This document shows, piece after piece, positions 19,831 through 29,798 of a DNA stretch of 64,000 nucleotides. The translations under genes and the position numbers were made by a program. Each line of letters opens with the position of its first letter. The first letter of the stretch is position 1. The notes under the pieces were generated by a model. That model was not told the DNA's origin. It made no database searches and worked only from the letters and a program-made list of their open reading frames with translations. The stretch spans positions 11,361-75,360 of the forward strand of contig JAGGXX010000007.1 in NCBI GenBank assembly GCA_021162845.1, read 5' to 3'. This stretch comes from Thermoprotei archaeon. Its GTDB lineage: Archaea > Thermoproteota > Thermoprotei > QMSL01 > B3-G16.

Positions 19831-20057
19831 TTAGTTCTTCCTCGATCTCTTCTTCGTTGAGGATGCTATACTTTATTCCAAGATTATGCATGAGAAGCAA
19901 TAGATCATCAATCATTAGACCTAATAATTCGGATGCCTTTCCCATGGAGATTCTATCACTAAGTAAAAAGGCCTAAGTGATCATCAATCTTTCGAACTAC
20001 AACGGGGCTTCTAAGTATCTTAGATAAGGGGAAATTTAGCAACTTTGATGGACTCAT
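19796..20057 (-). pseudogene. UPF0175-type antitoxin, frameshifted
   Basis: ISMGKASELLGL....L...LGI....EEEIEEEL motif overlapping the DUF3368 start; frameshift upstream. Confidence 0.7.
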
Positions 20058-20095
20058 CACCTAGCAACTTTCATAGTTCATCTATCTTAGACAGT

Positions 20096-20875
20096 CTATG
20101 CTGTAAGACTGTCTAAAGCTAACATTACTAAGAAGCCCATGAAGAAACCTACGGTGACCGATTCATCTTGTCCATGGCTATATATTTCAGGAACTATCTC
20201 ATGTATCACAACATAAATCATAGCTCCCGAAGCTAGTGCTAGTACAAGTGGCAGCGTCATATGGGTGTACGCTATCATCAATGCAGGTAGTAATGCTGCA
20301 AGCGCTTCAGCTATACCACTCAGGGCGCCTATAGTGAAGGAGAGCCCTACTCTTCCTGTTATCATGAGAATAGGAATGGCTACTGCTAGTCCCTCTGGCA
20401 TATCCTGTAAGCCTATTGCAAGTGCTATGGCTAGTCCATCAGCTATGCTGTGCGCTGTCGCTGCGCCTACGGCCATGCCCTCAGGGATATTATGGACCAC
20501 CATAGCTAAGGCCATGAGCTGCGCTTTTTTGAGGCTAACTAATGTTTTATCTTCCTTGGATCCGCTAAGTAAATGCTCATGAGGTATTAGGAGATCTAAT
20601 GCCTTAATTATTGCTACGCCTATGACGAAGCCCAGAATTGCTGTTCCTATATCGCCTTTCTCAATCGCTGGTATGAGTAGACTTGTAAACGAAGCAACCA
20701 GCATCACTCCCGCAGCAAATCCCATTCCGGCATTAAGAGATCGCCTTCCAAGCCTTATACCTAGAAGTATAGGTACTGTTCCTAGAACTGTTAATGATGC
20801 TGGTATCAAGCCTACTATTAGCGTTCTTAAAACTAAAGGCATCTCCATGAGGAGTTTAATGATGTCATTAATCAT
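20096..20875 (-). CDS. ZIP-family divalent metal transporter (ZupT/GufA-like)
   Basis: GFAAGVML, PHEH, HNIPEG.AVG, QD.PEG, GAMIYV..E..PE. Confidence 0.93.
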   Translation of the reverse strand: MINDIIKLLMEMPLVLRTLIVGLIPASLTVLGTVPILLGIRLGRRSLNAGMGFAAGVMLVASFTSLLIPAIEKGDIGTAILGFVIGVAIIKALDLLIPHEHLLSGSKEDKTLVSLKKAQLMALAMVVHNIPEGMAVGAATAHSIADGLAIALAIGLQDMPEGLAVAIPILMITGRVGLSFTIGALSGIAEALAALLPALMIAYTHMTLPLVLALASGAMIYVVIHEIVPEIYSHGQDESVTVGFFMGFLVMLALDSLTA

Positions 20876-21129
20876 CAGATATCACGGCAGGAGGTTATGA
20901 TTAATAGAAATTATATAAAGATAACCTCGTCAGCTTATTACATACCTTTCAACATCTACCTCAAGGACATGTGATAGCATGTAACAAATTGACGTATTAA
21001 CGACATTTTTACATCAGATTTCTAGAGGCAACCCGATTGAAAGTAAAATTAGCGTGGGGGTTTCAAAAGATCAAGGTTAACGGCTTCCTACTAGTATTTT
21101 AAATCGTTGAGAATCGTCATAGAGATGTC

Positions 21130-21190
21130 ATAGTGATGGGTCAGTTAAAGGTATTATACATAGCATAAGAATCTATAGGATTTAGTGAAC
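21130..21190 (+). repeat. diverged 61-bp dispersed repeat, copy 2
   Basis: Aligns with the reverse complement of 17091-17151 (47/61; 11 of 14 differences are transitions). Confidence 0.75.
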
Positions 21191-21386
21191 CTTACCTTAT
21201 ACTTGCAGTTAACTGGATTACTGAAAGATTACGTCATCTGGATTGATTTTTAAAGTGTATAGAAGAGAATATTGCAAGATAGTTATAATTATTATCCATA
21301 ATGCGTGACTGCGATTCCACTGTGATGGTCGATCGCTAGGTTAATATTCCACCTTTGAGGAAGTTAATAGTAAGGTGTCATAGCAG

Positions 21387-21890
21387 ATGCTTACAGATAA
21401 GGACTATGAGGACATAGAGAAAGAACTAACAAGAGCTTTTCTCGAAGTATTTGGTAATAACCTTACATCGTTAGTACTCTATGGCTCTTATGCTAGAAGA
21501 GAGGCAAGGCCTAATAGTGATCTGGATGTGATAGTTGTAGTTAGCGATGACCTTAAGGATAGGTTTAGAGTGCATACTATGATTGATAAGGTGGAGGAAC
21601 TGCTTAGGCCTTTAATGGAGAGGCTTAAGGGCAAGGGGTACACTCTAATGCTGTCACCATACATTCTCACTGAAAGCCAGGCCAAAGTATTCCGCTCGCT
21701 TTACATCGATGCAGTTTTTGATGCAAAAATACTCTATGATAGGAAGGGCTTCATGGAAAGTATATTGAAGAAAGCTAGGAAGATACTCAAAGAGCTAGGG
21801 GCGAGAAGGGTGAGAATAGGTAAGAAATGGGTTGTAGTTCTTAAATCCGAAGATTACCGTCAAGGCGATAGAGTGGTCTTAGAGCTTTAG
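21387..21890 (+). CDS. minimal nucleotidyltransferase (MNT antitoxin)
   Basis: LYGS.AR.E....SDLD; ILYD...F; LGARR....W.LK tail. Confidence 0.9.
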   Translation: MLTDKDYEDIEKELTRAFLEVFGNNLTSLVLYGSYARREARPNSDLDVIVVVSDDLKDRFRVHTMIDKVEELLRPLMERLKGKGYTLMLSPYILTESQAKVFRSLYIDAVFDAKILYDRKGFMESILKKARKILKELGARRVRIGKKWVVVLKSEDYRQGDRVVLEL

Positions 21891-21892
21891 GA

Positions 21893-22340
21893 GTGATCAT
21901 AATGGATAATGTCCAGATGGCTAAAGCGTATATAAAGAGGGCCTCTAGGAGAATAGAAACGGCGAAAAGAGCATTAAGCGAAAAAGCCTACGCTTACTGT
22001 ATCAGGCAAAGCCAAGAGGCAGTAGAGCTCTTATTAAAGGCAGCACTAAGGCTTGTGGGAATAGAACCGCCTAAATGGCGTGATGTAGGGCTAGTTCTTA
22101 TTGAGTTCTCAGATAGATTCCCCAACTGGTTTAAAAGGGAAATTCCCCAGTTAGCAGCTGTTTCAAGGTGGCTTCGAAGGGAACGAGAACCAGCGATGTA
22201 TGGAGATGAAGAGCTAGCCCCCCCCTCCTGATAGATTATATACAGAGCCTTATGCCCAGAAGGCCTTGGAGGCAGCAATATATGTACATAAGATAGTCAG
22301 AAAGTTACTTGAAAAGTTTTCTCAAAATAGTGTTTTATAG
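21893..22340 (+). pseudogene. HEPN-domain toxin, frameshifted in a C8 tract
   Basis: SQEAVEL.LKA.L, P..RDV, R.PAMYGDEE; the ORF stops at 22231, but removing one C from the C8 run (22218-22225) restores ...PPDRLYTEPYAQKALEAA...* ending at 22340. Confidence 0.8.
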
Positions 22341-22408
22341 CGTCATAATGAGGCTGGTGTTTTAGGGATGGCTTGAAAGAAGTGCACGACATGACGTAAT
22401 CTACGAGC

Positions 22409-23116
22409 TTAAGGATGAATATGCCGTCCTTTGAGGTATTCGATTACTTCAGACACGTAATTAATGGCTTCTTTTACTATCTCTTCAAGTAACTTTTCTC
22501 CATATTCTTTCGTGGCCTTAGTTGCCTCACCCCATACGCCATATGGTGATAGATCAAGCATTGACATGTAGTCTAAATAATCTCTAGGAACGCGAGGTAC
22601 ATCCTTGGCCCCCTCTTTTTTGATAAGATCAGGCCGTAAGTACAGTATTATTGAGGTTTCTGATCTTCCAGCATGCACTTCCTTAGAATACCTTGATCCA
22701 AAGTACATAGCACCTAAATCGACTAAAATCGCTAGCAGATCGAGTGTGTAGTTTAGTTCTCTAATTACGTTTCTCAATATGAAGTTAGCGCCATGACCAT
22801 TTACTACGATTAATACTTCGTATTTATGATACTCGAGTGAACGGGCTATATCCCTGATCAAGGATAGTAAAGTCTCAGGGGATAGCCATACAGTTGCCCT
22901 TGATTTCCTATGTTCTAAGGACAGGCTATAGGGTATTGGCGGTAATAAGAGGGCATTAAAGTATTCAGCTATTCGTTTTGCCACTTCTAAAGCAATTATC
23001 GTATCAGTAGATATGGGAAGGTGATCACCGTGTTGCTCTAAACTGCCTATTGGTAGTACACAGATTTTAGGATTAGCATTCTCTACATCCCTAGCAGTAC
23101 TCTCATATGATAGCAT
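22409..23116 (-). CDS. creatininase/creatinine amidohydrolase-family protein
   Basis: PIGS.EQHG.HLP..TD, S.EH, NGHG.N, HAG..ETS, GVWG. Confidence 0.92.
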   Translation of the reverse strand: MLSYESTARDVENANPKICVLPIGSLEQHGDHLPISTDTIIALEVAKRIAEYFNALLLPPIPYSLSLEHRKSRATVWLSPETLLSLIRDIARSLEYHKYEVLIVVNGHGANFILRNVIRELNYTLDLLAILVDLGAMYFGSRYSKEVHAGRSETSIILYLRPDLIKKEGAKDVPRVPRDYLDYMSMLDLSPYGVWGEATKATKEYGEKLLEEIVKEAINYVSEVIEYLKGRHIHP

Positions 23117-23489
23117 ATTTCACCCCTAAGCACATTAATATCCCCTAAGTGTCTATATTACATTGCTCGTTATTGGATGTAGAACTTACTGGATAACTTA
23201 CTGCTTTTGACGTTATTGGTTACCTGAACACCGCTCTCTACCTGATAACTCCGGTCAGATATCTGGGGCCTCATCGCTAATTGAGAGCCCTTTAAATGCC
23301 TTGTAGACGATTTAAAGTAATTCCTGAAGGCTGGAGCAGGAGGAGGTACTCATAGGATATAAAGTAAGCGGTGGCTACCTCCTCTAAGCGGCTTCTTCCT
23401 TCATCTTAAAATACTTGTTGAGGCCTACAAAAGATCATCCAAGCTGGCCAACCATGTTTTCATTTTATAAGCTTACGCCATAGCTGTTT

Positions 23490-24932
23490 TTAAGACTCGC
23501 TTAAGGACTTCGTATGCTTGAGGTAATTCTCCACCTTCTTGAGCATATCCTCGACTTTATCTGGGTTCTCGGATGCCAAGTTACGTGTTTCCCCAGGGTC
23601 CTCACGTACATTGTACAGTTCGTGTCCGGCCTTAGGTGAGTATATAAAGCTCCACTCTCCGTCGAACACGTAGAGTTGCCTAGAGTACATGGCCACCACT
23701 TTGCTCCTGAACTCGGGTGGCAGTCTTTCCACGTGACTAGGTATGCCTCTCTCGCCTTGCTTGGCTAGCTCTCCTCCTCTACCGCAAACGACGTACTCCC
23801 TATGTTCATCCCTCTCGCCCAGTACTAAGGGCCAGAAGCTCCTCCCATGTACCTTTACGGGGAGCTCGAGGCCTAACATGTCCAGTATGGAGGGCATTAT
23901 ATCGGGCGCCCACACGAGCTGCCTGATCCTCAAGCCTCGTGGCCCCTCGGGATGCCTTATTATCAAGGGTATCTTGTTGACCTCCATGTATCCACACGGC
24001 GTCTTACCTATGAATCCGTGCTCTCCATGGGCTGTCCCATGGTCGGAAGTGAAGATTACTATCGTGTCGTCCGTCAGCCCCAGCTGGTCTAGTTTCTCTA
24101 GGAGTCTACCGACCCAGTAGTCGACCATCGACACCTCGCCAGCGTATGCTGCTTTCATCGCCTTGACCTCCTCTTCGCTGTAATCTTCTGGGAATGGGCT
24201 CATGAAGCCAGCCCATATGGGGATGGGCCCATCGTAGCTCCGTGGCTTATACATGTTGTAGTAGTACTCCGGAGGATCCCAGGGTTCGTGGGGGTCAAAT
24301 ATATCGACGTACAGGAAGAACTTCTGATTGTAATTCCCCTCAAGCCACTGAATGGCCTCTCGCACCACTCTAGCAGCGAAGTAATCTTCCTCATATCTCC
24401 TATCTGCCACATTCCTGTAGTACTGGTAGAACCATTCCCTAGGCCTAGCCCACCGGCTCTTCAGCTCCTCCCAGCGAGGCGTCATATGTCGCTGTAACTC
24501 GCGTGGCCCTACATCCTCCGGTCCGGTCCTGTAGTTATCGAACTCCTGTCCTCTTATCCATATGAATGCGTGAAAACCTGCATGGTAGTTCATCCCAGGC
24601 TTAAATAAGTGATACGTATCGGTTATGAAAGCGCAGATGTAGTCATGGATCCCCATCGTTCGTACACCGAAGTACCCCTTCTTGCCTAATACCTGTGCTA
24701 CTGTCACATCGTCGGCTCTCAGAGGCTCCCAGCCGTGGGATGGGATAGAGTACTTTCCGGTAAAGAACACGTACCTAGCAGGTATCGTGGGGAATCCTTC
24801 TATATAAGCGTTCTCGAAGAGCACTCCCTCACTAGCTAGCTTATCCAAGTTCGGCGTCTTAATCCAACTGTTCCCGTAACAACTGAGGTAATCGACGCGC
24901 AAGCTATCCGAAACTATCCATAGAAGGTTCAT
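23490..24932 (-). CDS. sulfatase-like alkaline-phosphatase-superfamily hydrolase (Thr at the nucleophile position)
   Basis: DSLR.D, TPNLD, PTIPAR...TG, DPHEPW, SDHG, IPLIIR, ELY...DP.E..N; start moved to MNLLWIVSD. Confidence 0.88.
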   Translation of the reverse strand: MNLLWIVSDSLRVDYLSCYGNSWIKTPNLDKLASEGVLFENAYIEGFPTIPARYVFFTGKYSIPSHGWEPLRADDVTVAQVLGKKGYFGVRTMGIHDYICAFITDTYHLFKPGMNYHAGFHAFIWIRGQEFDNYRTGPEDVGPRELQRHMTPRWEELKSRWARPREWFYQYYRNVADRRYEEDYFAARVVREAIQWLEGNYNQKFFLYVDIFDPHEPWDPPEYYYNMYKPRSYDGPIPIWAGFMSPFPEDYSEEEVKAMKAAYAGEVSMVDYWVGRLLEKLDQLGLTDDTIVIFTSDHGTAHGEHGFIGKTPCGYMEVNKIPLIIRHPEGPRGLRIRQLVWAPDIMPSILDMLGLELPVKVHGRSFWPLVLGERDEHREYVVCGRGGELAKQGERGIPSHVERLPPEFRSKVVAMYSRQLYVFDGEWSFIYSPKAGHELYNVREDPGETRNLASENPDKVEDMLKKVENYLKHTKSLSES

Positions 24933-25059
24933 CTTAAGCTCCCCTGCTAATATGTTAATCCTAGTAATAAGTAAGGAGCGCTCCTCTACTCTGAGTACTT
25001 GGGGATAACTAACTAAGGTAAATAGGAGCACTCATGTTGGTCTTCCATTTTTTAAAGGT

Positions 25060-25180
25060 CTAGCTCATTAACATAATAACCCTCATCTCATCCTTAATCT
25101 TCTCGCGAAGCTCTTTATCACTCGTAATTAAAACGTCGTCAAGGATCAAGGCCGTAGCTTCGTTCCGAGATGCATCTAGT
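25060..25180 (-). pseudogene. PIN-domain (VapC) C-terminal remnant
   Basis: Manual translation DAS...ATALILDDVLITSDKELREKIK resembles the VapC tail (DA.Y.ALA....L.T.D..L). Confidence 0.45.
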
Positions 25181-25451
25181 GAGGATGGAGATTTCTGACC
25201 GCTGAAATTTTGTGATGACCATCTATAACTTTCATTCAAGTTAGTATATAAGCGAAGGGCGGGCTTAGGGATGATTTTTACCGCATGGATTTAAGGTTAC
25301 CGCAGGAACTCTTTGGTATTGTGGGCGGTTCGATTTAACCGGACAAAAATTAGAGTCGTCAGATAACGATTAGGAATATCTAAGATCATTAGTTAAGACA
25401 GTCCGGTTAATTTAGATAAACCTTATAAACCTAGGTTAAACATGTCATACT

Positions 25452-25853
25452 ATGGGTAAAACTGTAGCTATAAAAAATGTTGATGAGGAACTCTACAGGA
25501 TGTTTAAAGCGGCTGCTGCCTTAAGAGGGATCACTTTGGGGGAAGCCCTAAACGAAGCGATACGATTATGGTTGGAGATGTCCTCCCTCCTTAACAAATA
25601 TCTTAAGATAGAGGAGGAGGCTGCGAGAAATAGAGAGGCTTATGAAAGACTGGAGAAACGCCTGCTCCGGAAATATCGTGGAAAATACGTGGCGATAGCG
25701 GATGGAAACCTCATAGGGGTCTACAATACGAGAGAGGAAGCAGTTGAAGCAGTAAAGAAACTCTCGGTAAACCATGCGATAGTCACGAAAATTGAGGAAA
25801 AGGAGGCCAAACCCGTAGAGTTCGGAATGTCACTGTTTGAGGGGACGTTATGA
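25452..25853 (+). CDS. ribbon-helix-helix + DUF5678-like protein (putative antitoxin/regulator)
   Basis: N-terminal TVAIKNVDEELYR.FKA.A..RG.T.GEAL.EAI..W (RHH); C-terminal LL.KYRGKYVAI.DG..IG (DUF5678-like). Confidence 0.78.
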   Translation: MGKTVAIKNVDEELYRMFKAAAALRGITLGEALNEAIRLWLEMSSLLNKYLKIEEEAARNREAYERLEKRLLRKYRGKYVAIADGNLIGVYNTREEAVEAVKKLSVNHAIVTKIEEKEAKPVEFGMSLFEGTL

Positions 25854-26242
25854 AAATACCATATAGCGGAGATAGAAGGCCGCCAATACCCGTACTGGAG
25901 ATAAAGATTTACTCACCTGTCAAAAACGAGTATGCTGAAATAACCGCGTACGTCGATACAGGCTTCGACGGAGGCATACTTATACCATTCGATCTTTATG
26001 AAAATCTGGGATTTGTGCTAGTAGAGGAACCCCGCCCCTCTCGTGGGGTCTTCCCCTCCGGCTCAACAATAAAGCTACATACAGCAGTTACCGAAATCGA
26101 AACGGCAGGCTTCAAGATGGATGCACACATATACTCATCACCATTCATACACAGAAAACTCGTTGGAAGAGAGGTGTTGAATAACCTTATCCTGATTTTA
26201 AACGGTCCTCAAACAGAGCTCGAAATAAAGACAAACATTTAA
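25850..26242 (+). CDS. single-domain clan AA (retropepsin-like) aspartic protease
   Basis: P.P...I, A.VDTGFDG, LVGR..L; ATGA overlap with the upstream gene. Confidence 0.85.
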   Translation: MKIPYSGDRRPPIPVLEIKIYSPVKNEYAEITAYVDTGFDGGILIPFDLYENLGFVLVEEPRPSRGVFPSGSTIKLHTAVTEIETAGFKMDAHIYSSPFIHRKLVGREVLNNLILILNGPQTELEIKTNI

Positions 26243-26600
26243 CCTTAAGAAGTTAGTATTCATAGGGATTCGATATGGGTAATCAAAGAATACTATAACT
26301 ATGAGCAACTTATTCATATAGCATGCTTATAATTATATGAGCCTTAATTTCATGGAATAACCACATTCTCTTCATTACATCAACTTATGTATTTAAAGTC
26401 TTGTTCATGAGTAACTAACTTCGCATCCCCATTAATAGTTATTACAGTTACCTCGTGTCATGGAAGTACTTGTTTCCTTCATGATCTCTCATGGTGATTA
26501 ATCCCAGGCAGGATGCTTATTTTGCCATGGAGCGACTCAAAGGCTTATTTTCCCTCAGGGGTAAGTGTTACATCGGGCGCATGCTTCCGGTGATGTTTAG

Positions 26601-28118
26601 TTGCGTAAGGGGCCGAAGATAGCGTTTATAGGGGCTGGGAGCGCTAGGTGGACTAGCAGGATACTCATAGACATATTCACGAATAAGGACCTTCAGGACT
26701 CGGAGATATGGCTCATGGACATAAATGACCGCAGGCTCGACATAATTCATACTTTCGCCAAGAGATATGTAGACGAGATGAAGATCCCAACGAAGATCTA
26801 TGCCACCAAGGATAGGCGCGAGGCCATCAAGGATGCGGATTTCGTGATTTCGAGTGTCCTAGCCAAGGGGTACACCTACTATGAGGCCATGAGGGATATT
26901 TCGGAAAGGCACGGGTATTACCGCGGTATCAATAGCGTTGAATGGAACATGGTCGCCGACTACCATACGATATGGGGCTACTACCAGTTCAGGGTACACC
27001 TGGGCATCGCTAGGGATATAGAGGAGCTCGCTCCCAACGCGTGGCTCTTCATAGTCGCGAACCCGGTGCTTGAGCTCACGACTATGGTAGGCAGGGAGAC
27101 CAAGGTCAAGGTGGCTGGCATATGCCACGGCTTCTTGGGGTTCAGGGCCGCCTTGGAGGTCCTAGCTATGAGGCTCGCGAAGGAGGAGTTAGGTAAGGAC
27201 ATAGTGCCCTACTGCGCGGCCCATGCACCTAAGTGCTACGAGTACATCTTCAAGCTCATCGACCTTGACGAACTTAAGTTCGAGATGAAAGGCCTCAACC
27301 ACGACATATGGCTTACGAAATTCGAGTACAAGGGCGAGGACGGATACGAGTACCTCGATGAATGGATTAAGGAGGACGCTGAGGAGTACTGGAGGGTTTG
27401 GAGGGAGTCCACCACTAGCCCTTGGGATCTAGATCTATGCCCTGCGGCCATAGATATGTATAAGACTTACGGCTTCCTGCCCATTGGGGATAGCGTCAGG
27501 GGTGGCACCTGGAAGTACCACTGGGATCTGAGGACTAAGCAGAGGTGGTACGGACCGTATGGTGGGCCGGACTCGGAGATAGGATGTGCGATAAGAATAC
27601 TGATCGTGAGGAGGAGTATCGAGGAGATGGTGCGCGCGGTCTACGACCGCTCAACGCCGATAACCCATAGGTTCCCCCCAAGACCTAGTGGTGAGGTGAT
27701 CGTACCCCTAATGGATTCCATATTCAACGACAAACCCGCGGAAACTTATACCCTACCGCCGCCTCATCCGAATGCTAAGCCGATAAAGGCCCCCATGTAC
27801 GTTAATGTCATGAATAATGGCGCAGTATCGGGAATACCCGACGATGTGGCAGTAGAAGTTCCCGTGAGGGTGGATGGGAAGGGCATACATGAGAAGCGGG
27901 TGGGCTCCATACCGAGTAAGGTGTATAAGTATGCGATCCTCCCAAGGCTTGTAAGAATGGAGTGGGCGCTCGAGGCCAACCTTAAGGGGGGCAGGCACAC
28001 ACTCTTCGAGTGGCTCATAGTGGACGCGAGGACGAGGAGCATAGAGCAGGTGGAGCAGGTCATAGATGCAATACTGCGCATGCCTGGGAACGAGGAAATG
28101 GCTAAACACTTCGGCTGA
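26601..28118 (+). CDS. family 4 glycoside hydrolase (NAD+-dependent alpha-glucosidase/alpha-glucuronidase-like)
   Basis: KIAFIGAGS, GYYRGI, ANP, GICHG, GLNH.IW, P.GD..R, N..N.G, D.RT.S.EQ. Confidence 0.93.
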   Translation: MRKGPKIAFIGAGSARWTSRILIDIFTNKDLQDSEIWLMDINDRRLDIIHTFAKRYVDEMKIPTKIYATKDRREAIKDADFVISSVLAKGYTYYEAMRDISERHGYYRGINSVEWNMVADYHTIWGYYQFRVHLGIARDIEELAPNAWLFIVANPVLELTTMVGRETKVKVAGICHGFLGFRAALEVLAMRLAKEELGKDIVPYCAAHAPKCYEYIFKLIDLDELKFEMKGLNHDIWLTKFEYKGEDGYEYLDEWIKEDAEEYWRVWRESTTSPWDLDLCPAAIDMYKTYGFLPIGDSVRGGTWKYHWDLRTKQRWYGPYGGPDSEIGCAIRILIVRRSIEEMVRAVYDRSTPITHRFPPRPSGEVIVPLMDSIFNDKPAETYTLPPPHPNAKPIKAPMYVNVMNNGAVSGIPDDVAVEVPVRVDGKGIHEKRVGSIPSKVYKYAILPRLVRMEWALEANLKGGRHTLFEWLIVDARTRSIEQVEQVIDAILRMPGNEEMAKHFG

Positions 28119-28240
28119 AGGGGCCTTCAAAGGTAATAACTCAAGAATTTTTCTCTAACCTTTTCGAAGTATGCTTTGCTCGTAGTGGTAGGGCAATGAC
28201 CTAACGTTCGCTAAAGCGTTCGTCACAGCTGTTTATATTC

Positions 28241-28915
28241 TACGAGGAAGCCAAAACACGTAATGGGCGTTGACGTTAACTTCAACAACATAATCTACAC
28301 GATAACCGATATGGACGGAAAGCTGGTCTCTATGGGTACTATACTCTTCAACGGCTTGAAGAGGGCATTACTCACAGGATCATTACTGAGAAGATACAGA
28401 GGAAATATAGTAAGAAGTGGAGATATGTTAAGGGCATAATGGAAGCTATCAGGAGGCATGGTAGGCGAGCCAGAAGCATACTCCTTGATTCAACACACTA
28501 CGTATCTAGGAGGATTGTGGAGGTAGCCAAAGAGTATAATGCGTTAATTGTCCTAGAGGACTTAAACAAGCTAAGAACAAGAGCTAATGGTTCTAGGAGG
28601 TTCAACAAGAAGCTAACGCTTTGGACATACCATAGAGTACAATCGTACATACACTACAAAGCTTTGGTTAAGAACCTCCCAGTAATCTATACCGACCCAA
28701 GAAACACCTCCAGAACATCGCCTATAGGTGGCAAACTAGAATTTGTAAATTATAGGTGGGCTAAGCTACCTAACAGATATATCGTTGCAAGAGACCTTAT
28801 TGCATCATGGAACCTAGCACTTAGAGGATTGAAACTCTTCACCCAAGATGTGGAGCTTCGTGGTCGTGTGGAGCTCCGAAAGCCCCCAGCTAGATGCAAA
28901 CCCAAGAAGGAATGA
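28241..28915 (+). pseudogene. tnpB: IS200/IS605-family TnpB, 5'-truncated and frameshifted
   Basis: RuvC-I MGVDVN (28263) is in a different frame from RuvC-II IVLEDL and RuvC-III RDLIASWN; N-terminal half absent. Confidence 0.85.
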
Positions 28916-28960
28916 AGGGGAAGCCCGTGCAAGTTTTCAAAAGATAATGCGCGGGCAACC
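28840..28960 (+). ncRNA. putative TnpB omegaRNA / element right end
   Basis: Structured GC-rich 3' overlap (GGAGCT..AGCTCC stem; CCCC/GGGG pairing) followed by TTCAA at 28936-28940. Confidence 0.45.
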
Positions 28961-29027
28961 ACTATCTAACAGGATACAATAGGTAGGGTTCCTGTCCATT
29001 GTACGCGTGAATTCTAAGGTCGAGTTC

Positions 29028-29798
29028 TTAGGGGGGTAGGATCCCCTTCTTTCGAGCCCTATCGATGTACTCCAGGACTTCATCGTCACTTAAATCATAC
29101 CAGAGTACATAGGCGTCTGCGACGGCGAAAAAGGGTATTCCTGATCTAATGTTGGGGATTATTAAGTAGTCAGCTTTATCATAGAGAAGTCCTATCCCTG
29201 AGAGGGAGGCAGTTGGAGCCCCTATGAAGATCCCATTCACGCCTTTCTCACGGAGGAAGTCTATGGCTGCTAACATAGTATACCCCGAGGCTATGCCATC
29301 ATCTACTAATAGCACGTTATGCCCACTAACAAAGTCGTAGCCGCGATCATTACGGAATATGGTCTCTCGTCGTCTTACTTCCCCGTAGGTTTGCCTAACG
29401 TGCTCCCTTACTTCATCATCCGTAAACCCGAGATATGCCCTTAATGGCTCGTTTAGCACATATTCCCCATCTGGGCTCACAGCGCCATACCCCGCCTCCG
29501 TATTCCAAGGTATTAATATCTTCCTAACTATGATCAAGTCCATAGGTAATTCGAGCTCCAGGGCTAGCTCAAAACCCACAGGTACCCCTCCGCATGGTAT
29601 GGCAAGTACTAGGTCTAGTCCTTTATCTAAGCCAGCTTTCCTCACAAGGTCTGCTAACTTTTTACCCCCATCAACCCTGTCCATGAAGACACTGACGGCC
29701 TCCAATAGGCTTTCATCGAAGACCAGCTTGTCCTTGAAACCCTCAAGTAATCGTGCTAATCGTTTCTTATTGAATTCAGGCTCTAGGGGCATTAGCAT
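29028..29798 (-). CDS. phosphoribosyltransferase-family protein
   Basis: F.DR..GG..LA, AIP.GGVPV, VRKI..P...E..YGA, LLVDDGIASG.T. Confidence 0.9.
   Translation of the reverse strand: MLMPLEPEFNKKRLARLLEGFKDKLVFDESLLEAVSVFMDRVDGGKKLADLVRKAGLDKGLDLVLAIPCGGVPVGFELALELELPMDLIIVRKILIPWNTEAGYGAVSPDGEYVLNEPLRAYLGFTDDEVREHVRQTYGEVRRRETIFRNDRGYDFVSGHNVLLVDDGIASGYTMLAAIDFLREKGVNGIFIGAPTASLSGIGLLYDKADYLIIPNIRSGIPFFAVADAYVLWYDLSDDEVLEYIDRARKKGILPP

Noticed and set aside
25320-25345. GGTTCGA T-loop-like strings (also near 6441, 8025, 39126)
   Set aside because: No acceptor, D or anticodon stems could be built around them.
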